A stretch of DNA of 64,000 bases from Planctomycetota bacterium (GCA_965223845.1 CBDCXR010000004.1:448001-512000); one strand, 5' to 3'; positions 30,976-41,331 are shown, counted from the stretch's first letter. The notes: generated from the letters alone by a model not told the origin. Translations and numbers: made by a program.

Positions 30976-31213
30976 TCCCTGCACATCCGTTCGATCTCCG
31001 GCTGATTTTCGGCCGCGCCGATCGAAGATCTCGAATCGAGCCGCGCGACGGACGATTCGCGGGCGTGCGGAGATCGAGTCGCGTCTTGCGACGGTTCGTG
31101 CGCCGGGTTGCCGGTCTCTGGCAGTTCCCAGCGCCGGTCGAGTCCAGACCGTCGAATCCAGACCAACCCAGCTAAGCAGCATTGACGATTTTGGGGTCTG
31201 AGGAGGACTTCGG

Positions 31214-32752
31214 ATGATTGTGCGAGAGTCTCGCTTGTTTGCTCTTCTTGCCGTGGCACTCGCGGCGGTCGCGCTCTCCGGGTGCACGTCGGCGGATCTG
31301 GTTGCCCAAAAGGACAAGGAGATCTCCGAGATTCGGTACGAAGCGGATCGGCTGCGCGGATCGCTGGCGGCGGCCGTGTCCGACGCGCGTGAGCTCAAGA
31401 AGAGCCTCGAGGCGTCCGAGTCCGAGACGAAGAACGCGAAGGACGAAGTCGCCGGACTGACCGCGAAGCTCACCGCGGCGAACGAGCAGCTCGAGCTCGC
31501 CTCTGAAGAGAGGAGTCGGCAGACCGTCGCGGTCGCCGACGCTGACGCGCGCGTCGAATCGCTCGAGCGCACCCTCGCGAAAGTGCGTTCGGTGGCGAGT
31601 GATTCCGTCGGTGAGCTCGCCGACCTTCGGCTCAAGGTCCAGTCGAGCGACCAGGAGCTCGCCAAGCTCCGCGACGAAGCGAAGACGCTGCGGGAGGATC
31701 GCGCGAAGCTCCTCGACAAGGTCGACCGCACGCAGGCCGAGCTCACAAAATCGAAGGCAGTCCTCCGCTCTCTTCGATCCGGCCAGTCGGATGAAGAGAC
31801 GCGCGTTGCCGAGCTCGCCGGACGAGTCGCGGACCTCGAGCACGAAAACGCCGATCTGCGCGGCGAACGGGTCGCGCTCGAGAAGCGAGTCGAAGTCCTC
31901 GACGAGCGGGACGAGAAGCTCAGTGTCGCCCTCGCCAAGCTGCAGAAGGCGCAGGAAACCGGCGAGCGAGAGATCGCGGTCGTCGAGGAGGCACCAGCGG
32001 TCGAGCAGCTCTACGTCTCGGATCCGACCGGTCTGTGGAAGGAGATCGTTGCCTTTTCGCAGAACCGCTACCAAGTGGCACGCGCGGGGAATATGGCGTG
32101 GGACACGTTCGACAAGATCGCCGTCGGGTTCGCCGGAGTGTTCGCGCTCTTCTTCCTGTGGAGCTGCCTTCGTTCGTTGCAGATCCGTAGACTGAAGCGA
32201 GAAACCGCCGATCTCCGCGAAGAGCTGCGGGAGGTGGACGAGAAGGACTCCGTACGGACTCCGCGCGCGACCACTCCGTTGTCTGCGCCGGCTCCACGCC
32301 AAGAATCTCCGCCTTCACCCCGTGCCCCGCGTCTTCCTCGGCGCGGCGGTGGGTTCTCCGCCGTGATCTCGAACAAGTCCGTCCAGCCGGATGCGACCGT
32401 CCCAGCTCCCGCTCCGGCGACGGCACCGAGCGCGCAGCTCGACGTCGACGAGGAGGGGGAGTTCGAGGACGCGCCGACCATGCTCGTCGGCGCCTCGATG
32501 CCGGCGACGACTCCGGCCGCGAGCGCTCCCTCCACCGCACCGAGCGCCGGCCGGCAGTGGGAAGCCGAAGAGGAGTTCGAAGAGAGCGGAGACGATCTTG
32601 CGAGCACGCAGATCATCTCGAATGTCAGTCGCGAGGACCTCGAAGCCGAAGGTCTGACGATGCCGGGCGCTTCGGCTGCTCCGGCCGGTGAGCGCGATCT
32701 TCTCGATGAGCTGAAGAGCGTGATCAGCGAGAAATACGGCTCCGAGAAGTAG
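31214..32752 (+). CDS. Lipoprotein with long coiled coil, internal TM helix and Pro/acidic tail
   Basis: AGGAGGA SD; lipobox LSGC; ~230 aa heptad-rich region; TM IAVGFAGVFALFFLW; low-complexity tail. Confidence 0.8.
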   Translation: MIVRESRLFALLAVALAAVALSGCTSADLVAQKDKEISEIRYEADRLRGSLAAAVSDARELKKSLEASESETKNAKDEVAGLTAKLTAANEQLELASEERSRQTVAVADADARVESLERTLAKVRSVASDSVGELADLRLKVQSSDQELAKLRDEAKTLREDRAKLLDKVDRTQAELTKSKAVLRSLRSGQSDEETRVAELAGRVADLEHENADLRGERVALEKRVEVLDERDEKLSVALAKLQKAQETGEREIAVVEEAPAVEQLYVSDPTGLWKEIVAFSQNRYQVARAGNMAWDTFDKIAVGFAGVFALFFLWSCLRSLQIRRLKRETADLREELREVDEKDSVRTPRATTPLSAPAPRQESPPSPRAPRLPRRGGGFSAVISNKSVQPDATVPAPAPATAPSAQLDVDEEGEFEDAPTMLVGASMPATTPAASAPSTAPSAGRQWEAEEEFEESGDDLASTQIISNVSREDLEAEGLTMPGASAAPAGERDLLDELKSVISEKYGSEK

Positions 32753-32806
32753 CGGCGGTGAGGCTCCGGGGGGAGTCGCTCGGCCGTTCGCTTCGAGATC
32801 ATCGAT

Positions 32807-32850
32807 GAAACGCGGGGAGCGGGACCCTGGTCCCGCTCCCCGCGTTTTTC
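32807..32850. terminator. Probable bidirectional intrinsic terminator
   Basis: AAACGCGGGGAGCGGGACC / GGTCCCGCTCCCCGCGTTT inverted repeat between convergent genes. Confidence 0.85.
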
Positions 32851-32873
32851 TCGTTTCGATCTTGGAAAGAGAC

Positions 32874-33848
32874 CTAGCGGCGTCGACGAGAAGTCGTCGT
32901 TCGCTTCGCCGCCGGCCGCCGGGCGCTCGTCCGGCGAGACGTCACTCGACGCGATGTCTTGCGAGCGGTGGTCTTCCGAGCCGTGGTCTTCCGTGCGCTC
33001 GACTTTCGAGCGGCGGGCTTCCGAGCGGTCGACTTCCGAGCGGCGGGCTTCCGAGCGGTGGTCTTCCGAGCGGTCGACTTCCGAGCGGCGGGCTTACGCG
33101 CGGTCGTCGTCTTGCGAGCGGTCGACTTGCGCGCGGTGGTCTTCCGAGCGGCGGGCTTGCGTGCAGACGTCGTCTTGCGAGCAGTCGACTTGCGCGCGGT
33201 GGTCTTCCGAGCGGCGGGCTTACGCGCGGTCGTCGTCTTGCGAGCGGTCGACTTACGCGCGGTGGTCTTCCGAGCGGCGGGCTTGCGTGCGGACGTCGTC
33301 TTGCGAGCGGTCGACTTACGCGCGGTGGTCTTCCGAGCGGCAGGCTTGCGTGCGGACGTCGTCTTGCGCGCGGTGGTCTTCCGAGCGGCGGGCTTACGCG
33401 CGGTCGTCGTCTTGCGAGCGGTCGACTTACGCGCGGTGGTCTTCCGAGCGGCGGGCTTGCGTGCAGACGTCGACTTGCGCGCGGTGGTCTTTCGGGCGGC
33501 GGGCTTACGCGCGGTCGACTTGCGAGCGGTGGTCTTTCGGGCGGCGGGCTTGCGCGCGGTCGTCGTCTTGCGAGCGGTCGACTTGCGTGCGGTGGTCTTC
33601 CGAGCGGCCGGCTTACGCGCGGTCGTCGTCTTCCGAGCGGTCGTCTTCCGAGTCGTGGACTTCGCTGCCGCGCGGCGCTTGGTCGGCGTGCGGCTCGACT
33701 TCGTGGCGCTCGCGCTGCTCCGACGAGTCGAGCTGCTGGCTCGACGCGTGCTCGAGGCACTGCGTCGGCTCGAGCTACCGGTCCTCCGTGAGGCGCGTCC
33801 GGATGACGCGTTCGTGTTCCGATTCGTGCTGCGCCTGGTCGAAGGCAT
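32874..33848 (-). CDS. Histone H1-like / HctB-like basic repeat DNA-binding protein
   Basis: 324 aa of ARKTT/ARKPA/ARKST/ARKTTT/ARKTTS repeats; CCAGGAG SD before ATG; followed by terminator. Confidence 0.8.
   Translation of the reverse strand: MPSTRRSTNRNTNASSGRASRRTGSSSRRSASSTRRASSSTRRSSASATKSSRTPTKRRAAAKSTTRKTTARKTTTARKPAARKTTARKSTARKTTTARKPAARKTTARKSTARKPAARKTTARKSTSARKPAARKTTARKSTARKTTTARKPAARKTTARKTTSARKPAARKTTARKSTARKTTSARKPAARKTTARKSTARKTTTARKPAARKTTARKSTARKTTSARKPAARKTTARKSTARKTTTARKPAARKSTARKTTARKPAARKSTARKPAARKSSARKTTARKTTARKTSRRVTSRRTSARRPAAKRTTTSRRRR
32960..33655 (-). repeat. Coding tandem repeat (15/18-nt units, higher-order ~63-nt period)
   Basis: Recurrent + strand units such as GTGGTCTTCCGAGCGGCGGGCTT and GGTCGACTT, encoding penta/hexapeptides. 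Confidence 0.9.
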
Positions 33849-34540
33849 GACGATCTCCTGGAAAGATTCTTGTCCCGACTCCGTCGCCTTCGGGCGAGCT
33901 AGGGGCCGGGGGGGCCTCTCGGCGTCCTACGCCGAACTTCACTTCCGAGTTTCTCGCGGCGACCGTTGATCGCCTGCGAAGGTCGTCACGGATGATCGGC
34001 CGTTCCCCGTCCAATCTTGGGAAAATCCGCGGGATGTGCGGATTCGGGACGGCTCTCCGCTGCGGCCGGCACCGTCGCACGTCGTTATCAGACCTGGTCC
34101 TCGAGCGAGCTGGACGACCGAAGTTAGCGGCGCGACGTCGCACCGCGCCGAGCAGAGTCGTGTGAGGATCGGGTGAAGATTGGCGCAGATTTTTCGGAAC
34201 GTCACTTCTATAATCTCTTTCGTCAGGGTCTCTTGCGGGTTTTCTCCGATTCCGACTTCCCCCGCGCCGACGGGGCGTCCGGTCGCGGCTGCGATCGAGC
34301 GGACGAACGGCTCCCAAGTCTTCATCATCTGCGGCGTCCGAGGATCTCCCGTACCCCCGGTCCGGTCTCGCGTGTCGCCGAGCCGAAGCCGGTCACGAGG
34401 TCGAGGGGCGGTCGAAACCGGTGATCCGGACGGCCTCCTTCGCTGCGCGGCAACCAAGAATAGAGTTCACTCCAGAGTAGTCCGTGGCGTCGACACTGCC
34501 CCGGACATCGAAACGGGATGGGTGGGAGAAAGGTCTCGGT

Positions 34541-36571
34541 GTGATTCGAGCGGTGTTTTCTGCGGGGTGGTGGTTCGCGTGCGTCGGACTCCTGGGATCT
34601 CCTCTCTCCGCACAAGTCGCGATCAACGAAGTGATCGCCGAAAACGGCGATGAGGGACCCGCGGATTCGGAGGGCGGCACCCCGGATCTCATCGAGCTGA
34701 TCAATCTGACCGGGGAGGACGTCGTTCTCGGAGCTCCGCTCCCGAAGGACTCTTATTACCTGAGCGACACCGAATCGCGCTCGATGAGCGGCGAGCTCGT
34801 ATTCAAGGCGGAGGAAGCGTGGAAGTTTCCGCCCGGGGTCGAGCTCGCGCCGAACGGGCGCCTCGTCGTGTTCTGCGATGGCGATCAAACCCAGACCTGC
34901 GAGGTCCACACCTCGTTTCAGATCGACTCGAACGGGAGCGAGCCCATTCTCCTCTGGAGTCCCGAGGACGACGAAGGCATGCGGTCTCTCGTCGATCGGC
35001 TCTATCTCCCTCCCCTTCGGCGCAACGTTTCGTTCGGAAGGTTCCCCGACGGATCGGGGCCGACGCCGCTGCCACTCGAGATGACGCTCGAGTTTTGCGT
35101 GTACAACCCCCCGGGAACGTCCACCTTCGGGCGCTGTCGCGTCACTGAAAACTCGGTTAGCTGCGGGGACATGAAGGTGACGAAGAGCTGCACCGGCGAC
35201 GAGAACGGTCCGGGGGGAAACCTCGAGCCGAGGATTTCACGGAGCTCCGCGTCGACGAACGCGCCGCGTGCCGGCGAGGCGGTCGTCGTCACGGCCGAGG
35301 TCACGGACGACAAGGAGCCGATCCCTAGCAACATCGTACGTGCCGAGATCCACTACCGGGTCGACGGTGAGCTGCAGCCGCCCGTGGCGATGGAATTCGT
35401 CGAGTCGCTCGACGGCACGGATCGCGTGCCGCCGCGGCCGCTCTCGCGCTGGGGAGTGTTCGTCGGTGAGATCCCCGGGCAGCCCGCGAACACCCACGTC
35501 GCGTTCCAGCTCTTCGTCGAGGACGCCGAGGGTCTCGTCAGCACGAGTCCGCGGACTCAGTGCGCCGCGGGAGTCGGACCGTGCAATGCGATCGGACTTC
35601 CCGGGCCCGGCTGCACGGTCGATCCGGACGACCCCCTTCGCTTCGCCGAGTGCGACGTGTGGGACGAGTACGTCTCCGGGTACGAACCGAGCGGAGCCCT
35701 CGAATTCCTCGTCGTGAACGAGATCGTGAGCTCGCAGTCGCGGATCCTCATCGATCCGACCGAGCTGAACGATCAGTGCGGCGGGATGGAACCCACGACG
35801 AGCTGTCGTTTCGACGACTTCATCGAAGTCTACAACGGCTCGACGGAGGCGATTCCTCTCGACAACATCTGGCTCTCCGACGGTCGATTCAACCCTCGCG
35901 GCTGGAAGTTCCCGGCGGGTGCGGAGATCGGTTCGGAGGAGTACCTGATCGTCTGGGTCGACGGCGATGGCGGAAAGTGTCCCCGACCGGACAACAAGAT
36001 CCTCGGCGATGGGCAGGATTGTCCCGACCCGACGAACGTCGAGCTCGGACGGTACCACGCTAGCTTCTCGCTCAACGCGGACGGCGATCAGATCTATATC
36101 TTCGAGGAGTCGGAGACCGGCTCGTTCGGCCTCGTTCACGGCTACGAGTATGACCTTCAGACGCGCGACACGACGTTCGCTCTCAGTCCGAACGGATGCC
36201 GCTACGGGGACTTCGTCATCCGGACGCCAACGACGGCGACGCCGGGGGCCCACAACGAGCTCGCCGGCGAATGCGTGAAGCCTCAGGTCGATCCCCTGTT
36301 CAAGCGGGGCGACATCAACGACGACTGCCAGTCGAACGTGGCGGACGCCATCTTTGGACTTAGCCATTTGTTCGGAAACGGCGCCGCGCCGGTGTGTCCG
36401 GACGCGCTCGACGTGAACGACAGCGGCGGCGTGGATATCAGCGACCCGATCTTCCTCCTCAACTATCTCTTCTCCACCGGAGCGGCGCCGCCGGCGCCGG
36501 GACCGGATCTGGCCGGCGTGGACCCGACGCCGGACGATCTCGCGCTCTGCGGGGCGAGGGACTGTCCGTGA
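34541..36571 (+). CDS. Exported lamin-tail-domain (x2) protein with C-terminal dockerin-like domain
   Basis: Signal peptide; AINEVIAEN...DLIELIN, VNEIV...DFIEVYN, SFGRFPDG, TPGAHN; FKRGDINDD...DVNDSGGVDISD; start uncertain. Confidence 0.8.
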   Translation: MIRAVFSAGWWFACVGLLGSPLSAQVAINEVIAENGDEGPADSEGGTPDLIELINLTGEDVVLGAPLPKDSYYLSDTESRSMSGELVFKAEEAWKFPPGVELAPNGRLVVFCDGDQTQTCEVHTSFQIDSNGSEPILLWSPEDDEGMRSLVDRLYLPPLRRNVSFGRFPDGSGPTPLPLEMTLEFCVYNPPGTSTFGRCRVTENSVSCGDMKVTKSCTGDENGPGGNLEPRISRSSASTNAPRAGEAVVVTAEVTDDKEPIPSNIVRAEIHYRVDGELQPPVAMEFVESLDGTDRVPPRPLSRWGVFVGEIPGQPANTHVAFQLFVEDAEGLVSTSPRTQCAAGVGPCNAIGLPGPGCTVDPDDPLRFAECDVWDEYVSGYEPSGALEFLVVNEIVSSQSRILIDPTELNDQCGGMEPTTSCRFDDFIEVYNGSTEAIPLDNIWLSDGRFNPRGWKFPAGAEIGSEEYLIVWVDGDGGKCPRPDNKILGDGQDCPDPTNVELGRYHASFSLNADGDQIYIFEESETGSFGLVHGYEYDLQTRDTTFALSPNGCRYGDFVIRTPTTATPGAHNELAGECVKPQVDPLFKRGDINDDCQSNVADAIFGLSHLFGNGAAPVCPDALDVNDSGGVDISDPIFLLNYLFSTGAAPPAPGPDLAGVDPTPDDLALCGARDCP

Positions 36572-36763
36572 GGGAGCTGGGTGCGGTCGGGAGGCCAGCC
36601 GCGAGCACGTTCGTGTTCTCGAAGGATCCGCCTCTATAATTGACCGTTCGATTCCCGCGGGCGCGATCGTTTCGCCGCCCGCGGCTCCACTCGCGCGTAC
36701 TGCGAAGCCGTCCTGAGCTCGCGGTCGGGGCGCGTGGGACAACCTCTGACGAAGGAGATTGCG

Positions 36764-38845
36764 GTGAAGCTCGTCTGTAGCTCCCTAACCCGACTCGGCA
36801 GCTCGTGCCGCGGGCGTTCGGTGTTCGGTTTCGCGTGCGCGGTGATGGCCGTGTCGTGGATCGCCGGGTCCAGCGTGCGAGCGGAGATCGTGATCAACGA
36901 ACTGATCGCGGACAACGGCGAGGTAGGGCCGGCCGACTTCGGCGGTGGCTTCCCCGACATTCTCGAGCTCTACAACACGGGTGAAGAGGACGTCGTTCTC
37001 GGAGATCCGGATCCCGGGAAGTCCTACTACTTGTCCGACGAGTGCGAGTCGCTCGACGCGAGCGAGTGCACGTTTCGGACCTTGGGTTCGTGGCGATTCC
37101 CGAGCGGAACCGTCATCCCGGCGCAGGGATTTCTCATCGTCTACTGCGACGGCGACGCCGTGGAGGGCCTCTGCGAGCTTCACGCTTCGTTCGAGCTCGC
37201 GGCGAATGGAAGCGAGGCCATCGCGCTCTGGTCGCCGCGCGACGAGAGCGGCGCGCGCACCATCGTGAGTCGCGTCTGGCTCCCGCCGCTCGATCGCGAC
37301 GTGTCCTTCGGTCGTTTCCCCGATGGCGCCGGACCGGCGATCGTTCCCGTCGCGGAAACGTTCGACCACTTCGTCTTCAATCCGCTCTCCGAGACCACCT
37401 TCGGCAGTTGTGTCGAGACCGAGGAAGATTGTCGGGGGGCCGTGCCGCCCGGGAAGCTGCGCGAGTGTACGGGAGCTGCGAACGCCGCCGGGGGAAACCT
37501 TCCTCCGGACATCGATCTCGATTCAGACGATTTCTCGACGAATGCGCCCGCGGACGGCGAGCCGGTGGTGATCACCGCGGAAGTGCGGGACGACGAACTC
37601 CCGCTCGCCGGGAACATCGTGCGCGCGTCGATCCTCTACACCGTCGACGGCATCGACCAGCCGGAAGTCCCGATGAACCTCGTCGACGAGACGGTGCACG
37701 ATCGAGCGGACGACGGGCGGCCGCTCGATCGCTACACGCGGTGGACCGGCACGATCCCCGGCCAGCCAGCCGGGAGCGTCGTCGAGTTTCGGCTCACCGT
37801 GCAGGACGTCGGCGCGGGTTCGGCCCAGGATCCGCGGACTCTTTGTCCGCCGGACACCGGGCCGTGCAATCGCATCGGCTTCCCCGGCGAGAATTGCGTC
37901 CGCGACCCCGACAATGATCTTCGCTTTCTCTCCTGTCGCGTTCCCTATCGCTACCGCGTGGGCTACGAGCCGAGCGAAGCGCTCGCCGGGCTCCTCATCA
38001 ACGAAGTCGTTGCCACGCAGACGTCAATCATCGAGGACAAGACCGACGACGCCTGCGCGGACGACAACCCCACGTGCAAATTCGATGACTATCTCGAGCT
38101 CTACAACACGTCGACCGAAGAGATCGATCTCTCCGGGATGTGGCTCTCCGATCGGCCGTTCAACCCACAAGGATGGCCGTTCCCGGAGGGGTCGACCATC
38201 GCGGGAGGCGAGCGATTGATCGTTTGGCTCGACGGCGACGGTGGGCGCTGCCCGTTCCCGGACGAGGCGCAAGACGGCGACGGGCAGGACTGTGCGAATC
38301 CGCCGACCGATCCGGCGAGCGGGGAGTATCACACGGACTTCCGGCTGTCCGGTTCCGGCGAGCAGGTTTATCTCTACGCGAGCGCGGACGAGTCGTTCGG
38401 GCTCCTGCACGGGCTGCGGTTCGGCCTCCAGACGGAGAACGTCGCGCTCGTCCTCTGTCCCGACGGCGTGCGCGGCGGCGAGTTCGGCGTCGAGTCGGGC
38501 GGTTCCCCCGGAGCGGAGAATTCTTGCTCGACGCCCGTTTTCGTGCGCGGGGACTCGAACAGCGACTGCAGTTTCAACCTCGCGGATGCGGTCTTTACGC
38601 TGAATGCGCTCTTCGGCGGGGGTGTTCAGCCGACCTGTCTCGACGCCGCGGATACGAACGACAGCGGGAACGTCGACATCAGCGATCCCATATTCGGACT
38701 GTCGGCGCTGTTCCTCGACGGAGAGCTGCCGCTTCCGCCCGGCCCGGGCTGCCCCGGGGGCGAAGATCCAACGCCCGACGATCTCCTCGGTTGTCGCTCG
38801 AGCTGCGAGAGCGAGGAAGATTGCCCGGCCCCGATCGGCGGTTGA
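36764..38845 (+). CDS. Tandem paralog: exported lamin-tail-domain (x2) protein with dockerin-like domain
   Basis: AAGGAG SD + GTG; INELIADN...DILELYN, INEVV...DYLELYN, SPGAEN; FVRGDSNSD...DTNDSGNVDISD; colinear with the upstream paralog. Confidence 0.82.
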   Translation: MKLVCSSLTRLGSSCRGRSVFGFACAVMAVSWIAGSSVRAEIVINELIADNGEVGPADFGGGFPDILELYNTGEEDVVLGDPDPGKSYYLSDECESLDASECTFRTLGSWRFPSGTVIPAQGFLIVYCDGDAVEGLCELHASFELAANGSEAIALWSPRDESGARTIVSRVWLPPLDRDVSFGRFPDGAGPAIVPVAETFDHFVFNPLSETTFGSCVETEEDCRGAVPPGKLRECTGAANAAGGNLPPDIDLDSDDFSTNAPADGEPVVITAEVRDDELPLAGNIVRASILYTVDGIDQPEVPMNLVDETVHDRADDGRPLDRYTRWTGTIPGQPAGSVVEFRLTVQDVGAGSAQDPRTLCPPDTGPCNRIGFPGENCVRDPDNDLRFLSCRVPYRYRVGYEPSEALAGLLINEVVATQTSIIEDKTDDACADDNPTCKFDDYLELYNTSTEEIDLSGMWLSDRPFNPQGWPFPEGSTIAGGERLIVWLDGDGGRCPFPDEAQDGDGQDCANPPTDPASGEYHTDFRLSGSGEQVYLYASADESFGLLHGLRFGLQTENVALVLCPDGVRGGEFGVESGGSPGAENSCSTPVFVRGDSNSDCSFNLADAVFTLNALFGGGVQPTCLDAADTNDSGNVDISDPIFGLSALFLDGELPLPPGPGCPGGEDPTPDDLLGCRSSCESEEDCPAPIGG

Positions 38846-38864
38846 CGGTCCGAGTCCGTCGGCG

Positions 38865-39833
38865 CTAGAGACGCCGTCGATCGCCGGCGACGGCGAGTCC
38901 GCCGCGGGTCGACGACCCCGTCGCTGCATGCAGGGCGAGAATCGCCGCCCCGATCGCGCCTCCGTACCGCCCGAATTCTGCGCGTGCGATGGGCGGCGGG
39001 GTGCGGCTCGAGGCGAGCGCGCGCGTGAGCGCGCGTCGTGCCGGATGGAGAAGAAGCTCGCCCGCTCCGCTCGTCCCGCCGCCGATGACCACGCGATCGG
39101 GGGACCAGAGCGGAACGAGAATCGCGAGGAGATCACCGAGGTGAGTGCCGGCGGCCCGCCACGTGCGGCGGGCGGCTGGATCGCCCTCCTGCGCGAAGCG
39201 AAACAGCTCTTCGCCGTTTCGCACCCGCACGCCCTCGCGGCGAGCCGCAGCGACGATTCCGCGCTCGGAGAGCGCCGACTCGACGCGCGTACGCCGCCGC
39301 GTGCTCGGGTTCGGGAGCGGGAGCTCGGCGATCTGCCCCGCCGTGTGGTGCGATGCCCGCACCGGTTCGCCGTCCGCGACCAGTGCCGCGCCGACTCCGG
39401 TACCGAGCGAGACGTAGAGCAGCCGCGAGTGCCCGCGCCCGGCGCCGACGAGCGCCTCGCCGACGGCTCCCGCGTTGGTATCGGCGTCGAGGTGGACGGG
39501 AATCCCGACCCGTTTCTTCACGCGTGCGGCGAGCGCGACGCCCTCGTAGGCCGGAAGATGGGTCGAGCGGTCGACCCGCGTTCGGCGCGGGTTGAGTACG
39601 CCGCAGAATGCGAGCCCGACGGCGCTCGGCGAGAACGCCCGCGCGCCTCGGCGGGCCGTGGCGCGGAGCGAGTCGATCCCGTCCGCGATCGCGGCGATCG
39701 CGTCGCCCGGCGCGCGCGGCGTCGGGAGGTCTCGGCGTTCGATCGCGCGTCCACGCCGGAGTGCGACGAGCTGAATCGATGTTCCCCCGATGTCGCAGCC
39801 CGCTGCGTCGCCGCGCGGAATTCGCGCCGCCAT
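38865..39833 (-). CDS. ROK-family sugar kinase (glucokinase-like)
   Basis: CDIGGT, DTNAGAVGE, SLGTGVG, VVIGGG, GAIGAA; lacks the CxCGxxGC zinc motif. Confidence 0.82.
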   Translation of the reverse strand: MAARIPRGDAAGCDIGGTSIQLVALRRGRAIERRDLPTPRAPGDAIAAIADGIDSLRATARRGARAFSPSAVGLAFCGVLNPRRTRVDRSTHLPAYEGVALAARVKKRVGIPVHLDADTNAGAVGEALVGAGRGHSRLLYVSLGTGVGAALVADGEPVRASHHTAGQIAELPLPNPSTRRRTRVESALSERGIVAAARREGVRVRNGEELFRFAQEGDPAARRTWRAAGTHLGDLLAILVPLWSPDRVVIGGGTSGAGELLLHPARRALTRALASSRTPPPIARAEFGRYGGAIGAAILALHAATGSSTRGGLAVAGDRRRL

Positions 39834-40071
39834 CAGTCGCCGGTTCTCTTCCGTTTCGGCAAGCTTTCGCCTAGCGGAAGCGAACCGGGAGGCGGCGGAC
39901 GGACCGATCGCGGCCGCCGCAGCGCGAACGCATCGGGGGGACGACGCGCCCCGTGCTCCGGCAGCCCTCCGAGGCCACCCCGCCTCGGCGGCGCCCGCGG
40001 CGCACGAGCTCGGCCGATCGCCGCGGGGGCGTCGGTCGCTCCTCGTCCGTGCGAGCGCCGTCGGGTGGTGA

Positions 40072-41070
40072 TCAACCGGCGATCTTTTCGAGGAGATCGC
40101 AGACTCGGCTCGAGTATCCCCACTCGTTGTCGTACCACGAGATGAGCTTCACGGAGTTGCTCTTCCCGCCCATGACGAGCGTCGAGAGCGCGTCGAACAC
40201 CGAGGAGTGCGGGTTGCCGATGACGTCGGTCGAGACGATCGGATCCTCGCAGTACTCGAGAATGTTCGGGATCTTCGCCGAGGCGACGCGGACCGCGTCG
40301 TTGACCTCTTCCTTCGTGACCTCGCGGCCGAGCTCGGCGACGAGATCGACGACGGACCCGTCGACGACGGGAACGCGCATCGCGATCCCATCGAGCTTCC
40401 CGTTGAGCTCGGGAAGAACCTTGCCGACGGCTCGGGCTGCGCCCGTCGTCGTCGGGATGATGTTTTGCGCGGCCGCGCGAGCGCGGCGGAGGTCCTTGTG
40501 CGGGAGATCCGCCAGTCGCTGGTCGTTCGTGTACGCGTGCACCGTCGTCATGAGTCCGCGCTCGAGCCCAAAGGCATCGTGGATCACTTTCGCGAGCGGG
40601 GCGAGGCAGTTCGTGGTGCAGGATGCGTTCGAGATCAGCTTGTGCTCGGGCTTCAGCGCATCGTCGTTGACGCCGAGGACCACGAGGGCGTCGATCTCGT
40701 CCTTCGGCGGGACGGTCAGGATGACCTTCTTCGCGCCCGCGGCGAGGTGCTTCTCGAGAGCCGCACGCGTCGCGAAGACGCCGGTCGACTCGACGACATA
40801 ATCCGCACCCCACTCGGCCCAAGGGATTTCGGCCGGATCGCGAATCTCAGACGCGGGGATCTCGTCGTCCCCGATGCGAAAACCCTTCTCCGTCAGCTCG
40901 ACGCGCTCGCCGAACCGCCCCATGACACTGTCGTACTTGAGAAGGTGCGCGAGCGTGGAGTTGTCCGTGAGGTCGTTGATTCCGACGACATCGATGCCGC
41001 GGTCGCGCAGAATGCGAAAGACCGTACGCCCGATGCGCCCGAACCCGTTGATTCCGACGCGGATGGCCAT
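40072..41070 (-). CDS. gap: Type I glyceraldehyde-3-phosphate dehydrogenase
   Basis: GINGFGRIGR, ISNASCTTNC, NIIPTTTGAA, WYDNEWGY. Confidence 0.97.
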   Translation of the reverse strand: MAIRVGINGFGRIGRTVFRILRDRGIDVVGINDLTDNSTLAHLLKYDSVMGRFGERVELTEKGFRIGDDEIPASEIRDPAEIPWAEWGADYVVESTGVFATRAALEKHLAAGAKKVILTVPPKDEIDALVVLGVNDDALKPEHKLISNASCTTNCLAPLAKVIHDAFGLERGLMTTVHAYTNDQRLADLPHKDLRRARAAAQNIIPTTTGAARAVGKVLPELNGKLDGIAMRVPVVDGSVVDLVAELGREVTKEEVNDAVRVASAKIPNILEYCEDPIVSTDVIGNPHSSVFDALSTLVMGGKSNSVKLISWYDNEWGYSSRVCDLLEKIAG

Positions 41071-41331
41071 CGTTGATCTCCTTGGTTGGATGTCGTTTCG
41101 TGTGGATCGAGTCTCGCGTCGAATCCCCGGCGGCGTGATTCGCCGACGCTCTCCGTCGCGACGCAGCGACGGACGCCGTGAACGCCATTCCGCGCAGCGA
41201 GGGTCGAGCCGTGGAGCGAGCTCGAGGGAGGAAGAGGATTCGCGCACGCTTCACGTCGCTTGAGGTGACGGTGAAAACGTCGCGCACCGAATGGATTCGG
41301 TCCATCGGAGTCAGTCGAAAAGAAGCGCGGG

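Noticed and set aside
32805-33969. Repeat array as CRISPR; + strand repeat ORFs (RAVVFRAAGL..., SSERR...)
   Set aside because: Units are 15/18 nt with no unique spacers and no cas genes; the + strand ORFs are shadows of the basic minus-strand protein, which has an SD and terminator.
34180-34197. Sigma-54 promoter TGGCGC...
   Set aside because: Lacks the GC at -12 (reads TTTC).
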